Below, one piece after another: positions 1-9,991 of a stretch of DNA of 64,000 nucleotides (position 1 is the stretch's first letter; every line of letters starts with the position of its first letter). The translations under genes were made by a program, and so were the position numbers. Origin of the DNA: a virus (Duplodnaviria > Heunggongvirae > Uroviricota > Caudoviricetes > Thumleimavirales > Hafunaviridae); the IMG/VR virus record IMGVR_UViG_2595698612_000001, positions 10,520 through 74,519 of that record. One strand, written 5' to 3'. The notes beneath the pieces were generated by a model. It saw only the letters and a program-made list of their open reading frames with translations, was not told where the DNA came from and ran no database searches.

Positions 1-2689
1 GGCCGAGGAAGAAGCGCCCGAAATCATCAGCGAAGAACGGTTCGAGTACGAGAAGTCTGGATTCGAGGAGGACATTTCGGCGTCCGAACTTGAAGAAGGA
101 GACGTTCTCGACCTTCGCGGTGACGGGGTTAGCGGTCGGTACGTTGTCACGAACATTACTGGTGACTACATCGACGCGACGAACTACCGCGACACAATCA
201 ACGCGAATCTCGACCAGATGGTGTTCGGTGGGGGCTACCAGAACCTCCACGCCTACGGTCGCGTGGGCCACGTCTCCGGTTCGGAACTTTCCGTTGGAGA
301 TACGGTCTACAACAAGAACGGGCAGATTGGCGTTGTCACTCTCATTGACTCCGACGAGATAATCGTTGAGTTCGAGGATGATGTGGGGACGTATGAGAAC
401 GCGATTCGGCGTCCCACCAACGACTTCTACCTCGCTAACCCGGAGGAGGTCGTTGACGACGAAACCGACCCGTTCGACCGGGCGAGCCAGCTTTCCAGTA
501 TCACCCTCGATGGGGCGGAGACTGACGGGCTGGACGAGGATACGGCGGAGGCCCTACTCCGGCAGTTCGATAAGGTGATTCGGGGCCACAACTTCCCACC
601 AGCGTCGAAAATCGTGACGGACGACACTCTGGATACGATTGACGACGCGGTTCGACCGGGTGGCGATTCGAGCGTTCTCAAGATTCCGACTGGACTCATC
701 GAGCCGGGTGGCCGGATTGATGGAATCGAGGAAGCGAATGAGAACGTCGATTGGGACGAACACCGCCGGGCATACGGCGCTCTCAAAGACGGGAGTGGTG
801 CGGAGTACGCGCTGATGCACCAGTACGGGGAGTACCTGTTCGATAACCTCTCCGACGACGCGAAAGCGTACCTCGCAGAGAGCAGTACCACTATCGACCT
901 CGTTGATGGTGAGCTGGTTCCGTCCGACGAGTCCGTTCCGAACATCTGGAAGAAGTATTCCAGAATCGGCGGGGAGAGCCTAAAGAGCTACTTCGGTGAG
1001 AACTTCGCGGCCTACATCATGGACGACAACGATGTATTCCGCGAGGACTCTCTCACTCGTCGCTCCCGGTTCTTCGAGGTCGCGCTCGGCAACCCCGAGC
1101 AGTATTTCGACGTGGACGTTCCGAGCGATTGGGAGCGGCCCGACTACTACCTCGGCGTGGACTACGACGGCGAGCCGCTACGGGAATCCGACCTCCCCGA
1201 TGGATACAGCCTCGCGTTCGAGAGGTCGTTCGGTGACATAGACGACTTCAAGCGGGGAGAGAACTACATCGTTCAGACGAGCGACGGTGAGCTGGTCGAA
1301 ACGTATGTGTTCGAGCGCCTTCGGGCAGGAGAACACACTCTCGAACGGAACGAAGACCTCGTTCGGCTTGATGAGTCTGGTGGCGACCGGAACTTCTACT
1401 ACTTCGGTGGGGGTGAGAGCTTCAGAATCGTCGGTCAAGAAACTGAAGACTACGAGTTCGCCCAAATCGACCGTGGAGACTACGTTATCGTCAAACCGAG
1501 GGACGGCTACGACGGCGACGGTGAGGTAATCGACACCCACTACGCTCGCGTGAGTAGTCGCCCCGGTTACGACGATAGGTTCGGGGACTACCTCGGTGAA
1601 GCGACCGACGTGGTGACGGGAGAAACTGTCCAGTTGGACAGGTACAGTTTCTACGGTCGTCGTGAAACCCACCTCGATGAGTGGATGCGCGACGTGGAGA
1701 CTCTGGAAGACACCCCGGACTCGGAAATCCCCGAGAGTCTTACCACGAACTTCGACCCGGAACACATCGACTTGAGCTGGCGCTACGCTCACGAAGACCG
1801 CGACGGGAACGGCCCGGTGGTCTACATCAAGACTAAGGCCGGTGGGAAAGTCCACCCGGCGAAGGTCACGGGAGGTCGTGGTGACACTCTCAAGCTCGAA
1901 TCCACGCAGGTTGACGAGTTCGGTGAAACGAAGTCGTGGACTCGGGAAGGTGACGGGAGTGGGGACGTTGAAATCTACGCATACTCCCAAGACTACGAGA
2001 ACTTCCGTAGTTTGGAGGTGGAAGACGACATTATCATCGACCCGTCACTTCTTGACGTTGAAGACAATCCGTTCCCCGAGGACACGCTTGCGAGGGCGAC
2101 TGTTGATAGCGACTTCAACGGCGTCTTCGCAAGGCCGTGGGCTACCTCCGGTAATGGTGTGAGAATCAACCACGAGGCGTTCGTGGACATTCGGCAGAAC
2201 GTTCCGACTTGGGATGCTTACAACATCGAGGAGGGGTATCGGATTGAGTTCACCGTCAACGGTGAGACTCATACTGGACTCGTTGACCTCGTTCCGTACA
2301 ATAAGCGGTATCAGGTGTCCGAATACAAGGTCTACGACGAAACCGCCGGAACGACCGTTCGAGTTGATGCTCGTGACATTACGAGCTACGAGGAGAGTGA
2401 CTTCAAGGATAGAGTTGAGGACGCTCCTAACTTCCTAATTGACGGAACGGATTACGTCAAGCCGCCCGATGAACCGGGACAGGCCGAGAAAGGTGACGAG
2501 TACCTGCTATGGTCTTACCGGGAAGGGAAATTTGTGAGAGCGCGGGTTCGTTACGTATCCGACGTTCTTGGGGAAGTGAGGTTCGAGGTCATAGACGGCG
2601 ACGATAAACCATACGAATGGACGGGGAAGAATCCCGAGTACGACAGCTCGCTGTTCCCCGTGAAGCCGATGGGGTACAAGTCAGACTAA
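1..2689 (+). CDS. Large acidic protein, 5' partial (frame open to window edge); probable virion-associated protein upstream of tail module
   Basis: ORF 218..2689 reads through in-frame back to nt 2 without a stop. Strongly D/E-rich halophile-type composition. Repeated GDxVxxxxGxxGxV-like beta-rich segments. Lies 5' of the tail genes. Confidence 0.5.
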   Translation, partial: AEEEAPEIISEERFEYEKSGFEEDISASELEEGDVLDLRGDGVSGRYVVTNITGDYIDATNYRDTINANLDQMVFGGGYQNLHAYGRVGHVSGSELSVGDTVYNKNGQIGVVTLIDSDEIIVEFEDDVGTYENAIRRPTNDFYLANPEEVVDDETDPFDRASQLSSITLDGAETDGLDEDTAEALLRQFDKVIRGHNFPPASKIVTDDTLDTIDDAVRPGGDSSVLKIPTGLIEPGGRIDGIEEANENVDWDEHRRAYGALKDGSGAEYALMHQYGEYLFDNLSDDAKAYLAESSTTIDLVDGELVPSDESVPNIWKKYSRIGGESLKSYFGENFAAYIMDDNDVFREDSLTRRSRFFEVALGNPEQYFDVDVPSDWERPDYYLGVDYDGEPLRESDLPDGYSLAFERSFGDIDDFKRGENYIVQTSDGELVETYVFERLRAGEHTLERNEDLVRLDESGGDRNFYYFGGGESFRIVGQETEDYEFAQIDRGDYVIVKPRDGYDGDGEVIDTHYARVSSRPGYDDRFGDYLGEATDVVTGETVQLDRYSFYGRRETHLDEWMRDVETLEDTPDSEIPESLTTNFDPEHIDLSWRYAHEDRDGNGPVVYIKTKAGGKVHPAKVTGGRGDTLKLESTQVDEFGETKSWTREGDGSGDVEIYAYSQDYENFRSLEVEDDIIIDPSLLDVEDNPFPEDTLARATVDSDFNGVFARPWATSGNGVRINHEAFVDIRQNVPTWDAYNIEEGYRIEFTVNGETHTGLVDLVPYNKRYQVSEYKVYDETAGTTVRVDARDITSYEESDFKDRVEDAPNFLIDGTDYVKPPDEPGQAEKGDEYLLWSYREGKFVRARVRYVSDVLGEVRFEVIDGDDKPYEWTGKNPEYDSSLFPVKPMGYKSD

Positions 2690-2690
2690 C

Positions 2691-2912
2691 ATGGCAAGCG
2701 ACGAAATTGATTCTCTGACTGAAAAATGGGGCGAGGATAACGTCCGTAAGGCGTTTTGGCTCCAGAATCACATCAAGCACCACGGCTTGAAGGGGATTCA
2801 CTTCATGCACCCCGGCCCGGATGGGGGCGATAATGCTGAATCCCATATGAAGCAAGTCGGGCCGATGATGGCGAAACGAATCATCGAGGGTGAGATGGAC
2901 AACGTTTACTAA
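2691..2912 (+). CDS. hypothetical small protein (73 aa)
   Basis: ATG 2 nt after the upstream stop, same strand, coding-like acidic composition. Confidence 0.4.
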   Translation: MASDEIDSLTEKWGEDNVRKAFWLQNHIKHHGLKGIHFMHPGPDGGDNAESHMKQVGPMMAKRIIEGEMDNVY

Positions 2913-2948
2913 CGCTACGTAGCCCCTTTCTCCCCACTATTTTCTCCT

Positions 2949-3458
2949 ATGTTTCCTAAAGAAGCAGTCACAACTCTAATCACGGAACTGAACGGTCGAA
3001 TCCCCCCGCCTGTCCACACGGCAGGCATCGAGGAGGAACGACCGATTCCTGCGGTTCTGATTGACGGCGTTGACCTACGTAATCTCAACGTACACAATGA
3101 GAACTACGCTGGTTCTAAGTTTGATTCAACGACGGGGCACGAAGTTGCTCAAATCAAGCGGTTCTACTACACGCTTCGCTTCGACCTCGTTGTTCGAGAC
3201 GACTCCGAGACGGGAGCCTACGATATTCTCACTCATTTGCAGTCTGCGCTGGCTAATCTGAGCGAGAAGCCGTGGGAAACGTTCCACCCGGATGTGAACG
3301 AAATCCGGCTTCTCAGTTCTGGTTCGGTGAGCTACACGTTCAACGAACCCGCTGAGACTGAAATCCACCAAGCCTTCGAGCTTGTATCGTTCTTCGAGAC
3401 GACCGACGATAACCTCGATGTTATCGAGTCGTTCTCCGATTCAATCGAAATTTCCTAA
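2949..3458 (+). CDS. hypothetical protein, possible tail completion / sheath-proximal protein (169 aa)
   Basis: Lies immediately upstream of the putative sheath gene, as gpR/gpS-type tail completion proteins do. No motif recognised. Confidence 0.35.
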   Translation: MFPKEAVTTLITELNGRIPPPVHTAGIEEERPIPAVLIDGVDLRNLNVHNENYAGSKFDSTTGHEVAQIKRFYYTLRFDLVVRDDSETGAYDILTHLQSALANLSEKPWETFHPDVNEIRLLSSGSVSYTFNEPAETEIHQAFELVSFFETTDDNLDVIESFSDSIEIS

Positions 3459-3467
3459 TTCTAACCT

Positions 3468-4760
3468 ATGGCTGACTACGGCAACACTATCGAACCCGGT
3501 ATTGTTACGAACGTCAACTCGGCGCTTGCTGTCACTTCGAGTGGTGGCGCTCCCGCTGATGTTGGACTCGTTGGACAGGCTGACCTCGATGCGGGGACGG
3601 CTCAGGCGAACGCTGTCTATCAGGTCACTCGTGCGACGATGGCTCGTGAGTGGTTTGGCGAGGATAGCCCCCTCACTCAGAACGTCCTCGATGCTCTCGC
3701 GGAGGGAGCCTACCCGGTCTACGCGGTCGCGGTTGACCTCGTGGACGTTACGGGCGAAGACCTCTCCGGTCTTGCCTCGAACACGGGCACGCTGGCCGAG
3801 GGGCCGGTGAGCGAGGACGCCGCCGATACGGTGTTCACCATCAACGGCTCCGACCTCACGACCGTTCTGAAGTACGAAGACCTCTCTACTCTCTCGCCGG
3901 GTGCTGGCGAGGTCTACGTCAACCCATCGACGCGAGAGTTCAAGATTGACGCTGACGTAACCGTGGGCAACACGGGCGACTCCGTGGACTACGCCTACGG
4001 CGACTACGTTGCGGGCAATCAGGCTCTTGCTGACGACGCTGGTGGCGCGGTGGACTTCTTCGTTCCGCTGAGCGAGGACGCTGGCGCTACGCAGGACGCA
4101 CAGACCACGGTGGGTAACATGGCGAGCGAATACAACTTCGCAATCGCTATCGTCGGCGCTACGCCCGGCCTCGACCCGGCGAACTACTCCAACCAGTTCG
4201 ACGATTCTCGCGTTCAGGTCGTTTACCCGGCCCGCAACGCGGAGGGCTACTCCACGCTCGGTTCCTACGCCGGTCGGCGTGCGAAGCTCGGTATCACGAC
4301 TACGCCCATCAACAAGCGCCTCTCCACGCAGAAGTCGCTCGCTGTCAGTCTTGACCGCGCGGCCCGTGGTGCGCTGATTGACGAGCGCGTTGTTCCGCTG
4401 GCTGACGAGACGGAGGGCGCTCGGATTGCCGACGACGTGAACACCGTGAGCGACACGAACACGGACGAGGCGGGCATCCGCTTCGGCTTCACCCGGCTCG
4501 TGATGGACTACGTTATCACGGTCGTTCGCGTCAACGAACAGCCCTTCATCGGTCGGCTGAACAGCCGTGCGGTGCGGGCGTCCCTTGAGGGACTTCTGAG
4601 CAACCAGCTCAAGACCCTGAAGCGGTCGAACGCGATTATCGACTACAACGTGAACGTGTACCGTATCGACGCGACGAGCGCCGCCGTTGAGATTCAGGTT
4701 GAGACGGCCAAGCCGCTCCGCTTCATCGAGAACACGGTCACGATTGGCGCTTCGGCGTAA
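3468..4760 (+). CDS. contractile tail sheath protein (430 aa)
   Basis: N-terminus MADYxxxIEPGIVTNV resembles the sheath N-terminal consensus (M..Y..PGVYV.E). Gene order sheath-tube-chaperone-tape measure. Size typical of a sheath. Could alternatively be a capsid protein. Confidence 0.5.
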   Translation: MADYGNTIEPGIVTNVNSALAVTSSGGAPADVGLVGQADLDAGTAQANAVYQVTRATMAREWFGEDSPLTQNVLDALAEGAYPVYAVAVDLVDVTGEDLSGLASNTGTLAEGPVSEDAADTVFTINGSDLTTVLKYEDLSTLSPGAGEVYVNPSTREFKIDADVTVGNTGDSVDYAYGDYVAGNQALADDAGGAVDFFVPLSEDAGATQDAQTTVGNMASEYNFAIAIVGATPGLDPANYSNQFDDSRVQVVYPARNAEGYSTLGSYAGRRAKLGITTTPINKRLSTQKSLAVSLDRAARGALIDERVVPLADETEGARIADDVNTVSDTNTDEAGIRFGFTRLVMDYVITVVRVNEQPFIGRLNSRAVRASLEGLLSNQLKTLKRSNAIIDYNVNVYRIDATSAAVEIQVETAKPLRFIENTVTIGASA

Positions 4761-4788
4761 AGACTCAACTTCCACTTTTTAACTCATT

Positions 4789-5334
4789 ATGTCTGCTTCT
4801 AACGTTGACCGGATTGAGAGCGCGGCGAACATCACTCTGAACATCTCGCGTGGCGGGTCGCAGGTTACGTCGGACTCCGTTTCGGCTCCTGCTGACGACA
4901 CCGGGGGCTTCACGGATTCTGAGCGTGCTGACGTTGTTGACGCCGGTACGCTCCGAGTCCCCATCTCGCGGCTGGACACCACGAAGGACATTGAGATTTC
5001 CGAGATTCGGGAATCCTCGCTGAAGGCGAGTGGCTATTCGGTCACGTCCATCAGCTACTCCGGCTCGATGATGTTCAAGGGCGAGCGGGTTCACGGCCCC
5101 GACAACGAGCCGGTTTCCATCGAGTCGCTGATTTACGACGACGATGGCGTTCCGATTCCCTGCTCTGTCACCATCACCCACGAACTCTCTGGTAAGACGG
5201 AGACGTTCGAGGACGTTCTCGTGACCAGCGATTCCTACGAGGTTCAGTCTGAGTCTGAGACTGAGACGGCCTTCGACTGGATTGCGATGGATAAGGTCAC
5301 GAAAGACCCCGAGACGGACTCTGAGAGTTCGTAA
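4789..5334 (+). CDS. tail tube protein (181 aa)
   Basis: Small protein between the sheath candidate and the chaperone/tape-measure genes; position analogous to P2 FII or Mu M. Confidence 0.45.
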   Translation: MSASNVDRIESAANITLNISRGGSQVTSDSVSAPADDTGGFTDSERADVVDAGTLRVPISRLDTTKDIEISEIRESSLKASGYSVTSISYSGSMMFKGERVHGPDNEPVSIESLIYDDDGVPIPCSVTITHELSGKTETFEDVLVTSDSYEVQSESETETAFDWIAMDKVTKDPETDSESS

Positions 5335-5388
5335 TCGCGCTTCTCGCTGAATCGCTTTTCGACTAAATTTCTTTACACTTAACCTATT

Positions 5389-5859
5389 ATGACTGACGAA
5401 ACCGACAACGACAGTAACGACGTTAACATCTCGAAGCTCCGCGAACTCGCCCTCCGGGGGAAGAACTACCGGGAGGAGTTCGAGACTACCTACCTCGGTG
5501 AGAGTCTGACTCTCTACCTCAAGCCGCTGACGGACATTGAGTTCCTGCCGATTGCGGCGTTCCTCGAAGACAAGCTCGACATGGACGCCGAGGAAGCGAA
5601 GGAACGCATCGAGGAGGAGCGCGAATCCGGTGAAGACGACTCGATTGATATGGCGAACTTCGACGCGGAGTTCGTCGGTATCATGCAGGAGGCCGCCGCG
5701 AAGGGCGTTGACACCACGCAGGGTGACGCCGAAGGTCTGGACGAGGACTTGGTTCTCGAAACCATCCGCGACCTGATTGGTGGGAAGTCCATCGAGATTG
5801 CGGAGCGCGTTCTGGACATTTCCAGCAACGCGGAGGACGCCAAGAAGTTTCGCAGATAG
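5389..5859 (+). CDS. tail assembly chaperone (gpG/E-like), upstream frame
   Basis: Acidic 156-aa protein directly 5' of the tape measure gene. It overlaps a second ORF in the +1 frame by about 80 nt. Confidence 0.5.
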   Translation: MTDETDNDSNDVNISKLRELALRGKNYREEFETTYLGESLTLYLKPLTDIEFLPIAAFLEDKLDMDAEEAKERIEEERESGEDDSIDMANFDAEFVGIMQEAAAKGVDTTQGDAEGLDEDLVLETIRDLIGGKSIEIAERVLDISSNAEDAKKFRR

Positions 5860-6172
5860 CGGGGCCGCGAGCGTAATATTTGGCCTCAAGTCCGAGATTG
5901 GAGCTGGATTCGTTGGCTCAGACGACCAGCTCGAAATGACGCCGTTCCAGCGGCAGGTGTTCGAGGCCGAGAAGGTTCGGGAACACCGCGAACAGGAAAA
6001 GCAGATGGAGGCCGCCCGTAGCGGTCAGATGGGCGGTGGAGGTCGCACTCCGAACGCGGCTCACCCGAGCGTTCCTTCGAGTGGGAATAGCCGCTCTCGC
6101 CGCGAGACGGTACGGTATGTGAACGACAGTTCCGACGAGAATCCAGAGGCGAACGTCACGTTCGTTGACTAA
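5777..6172 (+). CDS. +1-frame extension of tail chaperone (gpGT/E'-like fusion by programmed frameshift) OR independent small gene starting at ATG ~5935
   Basis: ORF in frame 2 overlaps the end of 5389..5859 (frame 1) and ends 3 nt before the tape-measure ATG. A U-rich AAG AAG UUU C run lies just before the frame-1 stop. No ORF exists in the -1 frame. Confidence 0.35.
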   Translation: MVGSPSRLRSAFWTFPATRRTPRSFADSGAASVIFGLKSEIGAGFVGSDDQLEMTPFQRQVFEAEKVREHREQEKQMEAARSGQMGGGGRTPNAAHPSVPSSGNSRSRRETVRYVNDSSDENPEANVTFVD

Positions 6173-6174
6173 CC

Positions 6175-7995
6175 ATGTCTGTTACTATTGACCTCGACAT
6201 TCGTGCCGAGGACGTAATTGCGACTCTTGAAGGGGTTGAGGAACAACTCGACCGCCTCGAAAACGACTTCGATTTCTCGCTCGACGGCGACTTCAAGGCG
6301 CAGTTGGACGACATTATGGATTCGCTTGACAAGCTATCCGGTTCGCTTGTTGACGACCTCGATGAAGTTGCGTCCCGGCTCGAAGACCTCGAAATTGACG
6401 TTGGCGCTCCCGTAGGAGGGGGCGACTCTGGTGGCGACACCGGAAGTGATAGCGGAGATAGATATACGCCGGATGATTCCCGCCCCACGATGGGTATGCG
6501 GGAGATTCTGAACCGGGTCGCTGGTTCGGATTACTCCGGTACGACGATGGACGACCTCGCGGATGCTGACCTCGACTTTGAAATTAGTCGGCGTCAACGC
6601 ATCGAGGGGTTGTCCAATGCCCTGAGCGACACGATTGGTGACGGCCTTCTCTCTGGATTCCTCACCAATAACACTCCGTGGGCGAAGTTCACGAGCGACC
6701 GTGACCGTGGACTCGCTACGTTCCTGAACGCGAAGGGACTCAATGCCGACAACCTCAAATTCGGTCGGCTTGGGAAGTCGGCAAAGCGCCTGAGCGGGCG
6801 CGTCAGTAACCTCCGGGGGATTATCCGTAGTGCGATTCCCTCGATGGCGAAGTGGTGGCAACTAATCGCGCTCGCACTCCCGGCGCTGATTACGTTCGGT
6901 ACGCAGGCGGCGGGTGTCGCTGGTGCGATGCTCGCTATGGCGGGCGCTGGTGCGGCGTTCATCGGCCTCGGTCTTGCCGGTCACGGTAACACGCTGGCCG
7001 AGTCGATGGAGAACGCTAAGCTCGAAGTTCGGGACTTGAAACAAGACCTGTTCGAGACGTTCCAGCCCTCGATGCAGACCTTCGCTCCGATTCAGGGCGC
7101 GTTCTTTGACGTACTTCCTGTTCGGCTTCAGAAGGTCAACGACGAGCTGAAACAGCTTGCGGGAACGAGCTACCAGTACGCGCTGTTCGATGCTCTGGAT
7201 GGAGCTACTGACTTCGCGGCTGAGTTCATCCGAACGCTTCGGGACATGGACGGCGTTGTGTCCCAACTCTCGATGCGGTTCGGTGACATAATCGGGAGCG
7301 CGATTCTCGACTTCTTCGAGTGGCTTGTGATGGAAGCCTACCAGAATCAGGAATCCCTGATTCAACTCGGGGGCGTCATTAAGTCCGTAGTTGAGATTAT
7401 ATACAATCTCTCTAAGGTCTTCGCGCACCTCGTTATCATCTTCGCTCCGCTCATCGACCTGTTCGCGTGGCTGACTCGTGTTCTTAGTAGTCCGTTCTAC
7501 CGGGCGCTTGCGGCTGTGATAGTCCTGTTCGGGATTATTGGCGTCGTGATGGTGAAGACTATTCTCATCATCTCTAAGCTCCGTGTAGCAATGATGATTC
7601 TCGGCCTCACGGGGTCGGGAGCGATGGCCGGACTCGCTTCGAGTGCGGTCGGGGCGATGGCGACCGTGAAGGGCGCTGTTATGTCGGCGGTCGCGTCTCT
7701 CGGGTTACTTCAGGCGGCTCTGGTTGCTACGGGGATTGGCGCTCTCATCGTCGGTGGTGGCTACCTTGCCTACCAAGCGATGAAGCCGAAAGGCCCGCCC
7801 TCCGGGGGTGGCGATTACTCCGGCTACACGGGCGGCGGCAGTAACACGGTCATCAACGAGGGTGACACCTACAACTTCAACGTGGACGGTTCGACTGACG
7901 GGCCGACCACGGAGAAGATGATGGACGTAGCGAAGTTGAACAACAAGACCGACTCCACCCGGTCGCTCTCTCTTAGTGGTGGAAATGGACGATAA
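6175..7995 (+). CDS. tail tape measure protein (606 aa)
   Basis: Coiled-coil-like acidic N-terminus. Central long hydrophobic/Gly-Ala-rich helices (LIALALPALITFGTQAAGVAGAMLAMAGAGAAFIGLGLAG...). Lies after the frameshifted chaperone pair. Confidence 0.7.
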   Translation: MSVTIDLDIRAEDVIATLEGVEEQLDRLENDFDFSLDGDFKAQLDDIMDSLDKLSGSLVDDLDEVASRLEDLEIDVGAPVGGGDSGGDTGSDSGDRYTPDDSRPTMGMREILNRVAGSDYSGTTMDDLADADLDFEISRRQRIEGLSNALSDTIGDGLLSGFLTNNTPWAKFTSDRDRGLATFLNAKGLNADNLKFGRLGKSAKRLSGRVSNLRGIIRSAIPSMAKWWQLIALALPALITFGTQAAGVAGAMLAMAGAGAAFIGLGLAGHGNTLAESMENAKLEVRDLKQDLFETFQPSMQTFAPIQGAFFDVLPVRLQKVNDELKQLAGTSYQYALFDALDGATDFAAEFIRTLRDMDGVVSQLSMRFGDIIGSAILDFFEWLVMEAYQNQESLIQLGGVIKSVVEIIYNLSKVFAHLVIIFAPLIDLFAWLTRVLSSPFYRALAAVIVLFGIIGVVMVKTILIISKLRVAMMILGLTGSGAMAGLASSAVGAMATVKGAVMSAVASLGLLQAALVATGIGALIVGGGYLAYQAMKPKGPPSGGGDYSGYTGGGSNTVINEGDTYNFNVDGSTDGPTTEKMMDVAKLNNKTDSTRSLSLSGGNGR

Positions 7996-8559
7996 ATGGT
8001 AAACGCATTTGCGAGTGTCGGGGGAGCTTCCGACACCTACATTGAGGAAGACCCCATCGGCGCTGGCCCTAACGAGGGGATTCAATTCAAGGTTATCGCC
8101 TTGGGACAGCCCACCGTCGATGAGTCTAACAGCGACTCAAGTGAGCAGAATAAGCCCGCTCTGTTCGAGTTTAATCCGCTGTTCTTCCCCGACCGCTTCA
8201 ACCAGAAGTTCGACAAAGAACTTCGGCGCGAAGGTCAGCAATGCCGTGGTGAGGACGTTTCTATCAAGAATCTAAAGAACTCCGAGTTCCACGCAACCGG
8301 GGTTGTTCTTGAGGAAAACCTCCGTGTCGTCCAGAAGCTCGCTGAACACGATGGAGTAGTTGATATGATTACTCCGATTTCCCCGAACGGCGGGATGGAG
8401 TGTTACATCAAGGGCGGTGACGTTGGCGAGGTCGAAGGATGGAATCCGGTTGCTCGGCAATGGATGTTCACCTATACGCTCGACTTTGTTTCGACCGGCC
8501 TCGATGAGTTCGGCAACGATACGGAAAACGACGTGGTAAGCAGTATTCTTGACGGATGA
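7996..8559 (+). CDS. tail protein (gpU / Mu-N-like position)
   Basis: ATG overlaps the tape-measure stop (TAAATG). Position between tape measure and hub genes. Confidence 0.35.
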   Translation: MVNAFASVGGASDTYIEEDPIGAGPNEGIQFKVIALGQPTVDESNSDSSEQNKPALFEFNPLFFPDRFNQKFDKELRREGQQCRGEDVSIKNLKNSEFHATGVVLEENLRVVQKLAEHDGVVDMITPISPNGGMECYIKGGDVGEVEGWNPVARQWMFTYTLDFVSTGLDEFGNDTENDVVSSILDG

Positions 8560-9989
8560 ATTGTGAAGACGCAAATATCTCCATAGCGATTCTGGACGAC
8601 AGCGGAGATTTCCAGAATCCACTTGTGGAGATTCGGCCCTTGGAGTTCAATTTCCAGCGAAACCGAGGTGAGTTCGACTTCGTTCGAGCGAAATTCTCTC
8701 AGGGAGTTGCTGACCACATCCAATCTTCGGTTCAAGACGATGATGGCGCACTTCACCGCCGTCGTCCTGCTCTCATCAAGTTCGGGGATGTTATCGTTCA
8801 CCGGATGCTCTACCTGCCCGACGCCGTTCAGTTCGGCTCGCAGAACGTCCACATCGAGTTGCATGACGTTCAAAAGCACCTCGATATTGGGGTTGTAGAC
8901 TACCAGCGACAGAACGTTACTCTCGAAGAAGCCTACCGATACGTCTTCAATCAGAAAGACACATCAACCGGGGAGTTGTTCTCCGGTATCGAGTTTGCGG
9001 TTCCTGATTCTGCGTTCGAGCGGGTGATTGCTATGTCCTCGAAGAACGGACGCCGCCACTACGAACGTGCGATGGATAGGGAGTCGATGCGTGAAATTCA
9101 GGACGGGAACGCGCTCGGTGTTCTCGATAAGGCGAAAGCTCTGCGTATCTATGAGCAGGAAGAAAATCTGAATATCATCAAGTCGAATTACGCTCTCGAC
9201 TTTAAGCAGGTCACTCCGTGGGAGGCTATTCTCGAAATGAACGAGAAGTTCGGAGTCACTACGTGGGTGGCCCCGGATGGGAAGTTTTGGGTCGGCAGTC
9301 GTGGTGCTACTGGAATTGACCACGTTGCGACACCAGACGACTCCCGAGTGTGGAAACTAATCGACTACAACATCACCCCTCCACGCGACCCGATTATGAA
9401 GGTCGTCGTTCGAGGGAAGATGATTCACGACCCGAACGAAAGTTGGGGTGAACAGCTCGGTGAGCTGGTGAATATGAGTCGAGGAACCAAGGACTTCCGC
9501 GCCGAGGGTGTTGCCGAACGTCCCGACCTCGATTTCGGTCGAATTGTTGAACCGGAAGACCTCGAAGTTGCGGCTGACGGTTTGGAATACGTTGCGAAGC
9601 GCCGGATGAAGAATATTCAGCGCGACCAATGGAGCGGTAATCTCGAACTTCTACCGTCTCACTCCGGTACTACGTGGACTGATATTCGCAAGGTACAGGT
9701 CGGTGATAACATCGTTACCGTCCCGCCTGAGAATACAGGCGGTGACTGTGATACGAATATTCGCCACGAGGCGTTCAATATCACCGGAGTAAATCACATT
9801 CTGAATGAGTCGGGAGAGTGGCTTCTCCGCCTCGATGTGGTTCCGCTCATGGACGGACACCTTGACCCGGAACACATCAAGTCCTATATGCGGTACTTCG
9901 ACCCGCATAAGAAGGAATACATCTCGGAGGAAGCCTACGAAGCCGACAAGAAGGCAGATGAGGGGATTCAACTCTCCGACTTCATCTAA
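8556..9989 (+). CDS. baseplate hub / tail protein D-like (477 aa)
   Basis: Start overlaps upstream stop (ATGA). Size and position match P2 gpD / Mu gpP-class hub proteins. Confidence 0.4.
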   Translation: MNCEDANISIAILDDSGDFQNPLVEIRPLEFNFQRNRGEFDFVRAKFSQGVADHIQSSVQDDDGALHRRRPALIKFGDVIVHRMLYLPDAVQFGSQNVHIELHDVQKHLDIGVVDYQRQNVTLEEAYRYVFNQKDTSTGELFSGIEFAVPDSAFERVIAMSSKNGRRHYERAMDRESMREIQDGNALGVLDKAKALRIYEQEENLNIIKSNYALDFKQVTPWEAILEMNEKFGVTTWVAPDGKFWVGSRGATGIDHVATPDDSRVWKLIDYNITPPRDPIMKVVVRGKMIHDPNESWGEQLGELVNMSRGTKDFRAEGVAERPDLDFGRIVEPEDLEVAADGLEYVAKRRMKNIQRDQWSGNLELLPSHSGTTWTDIRKVQVGDNIVTVPPENTGGDCDTNIRHEAFNITGVNHILNESGEWLLRLDVVPLMDGHLDPEHIKSYMRYFDPHKKEYISEEAYEADKKADEGIQLSDFI

Positions 9990-9991
9990 TT

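Noticed and set aside
3441-4775. 444-aa ORF antisense to the sheath gene. Similar long antisense ORFs: 427..945, 1178..1990, 4765..5889, 13091..14092, 18581..19960, 23204..24100, 29072..29797, 29819..30685, 36397..37419, 39545..40201, 50792..52732.
   Set aside because: Arg/Val/Leu/Pro-rich, low-complexity translations typical of the reverse strand of high-GC coding DNA. Each lies entirely within a well-supported gene on the other strand.
5389-5876. -1 programmed frameshift for the tail chaperone.
   Set aside because: The -1 frame (frame 3) hits a stop at ~5874 with no extension. Only the +1 frame is open.
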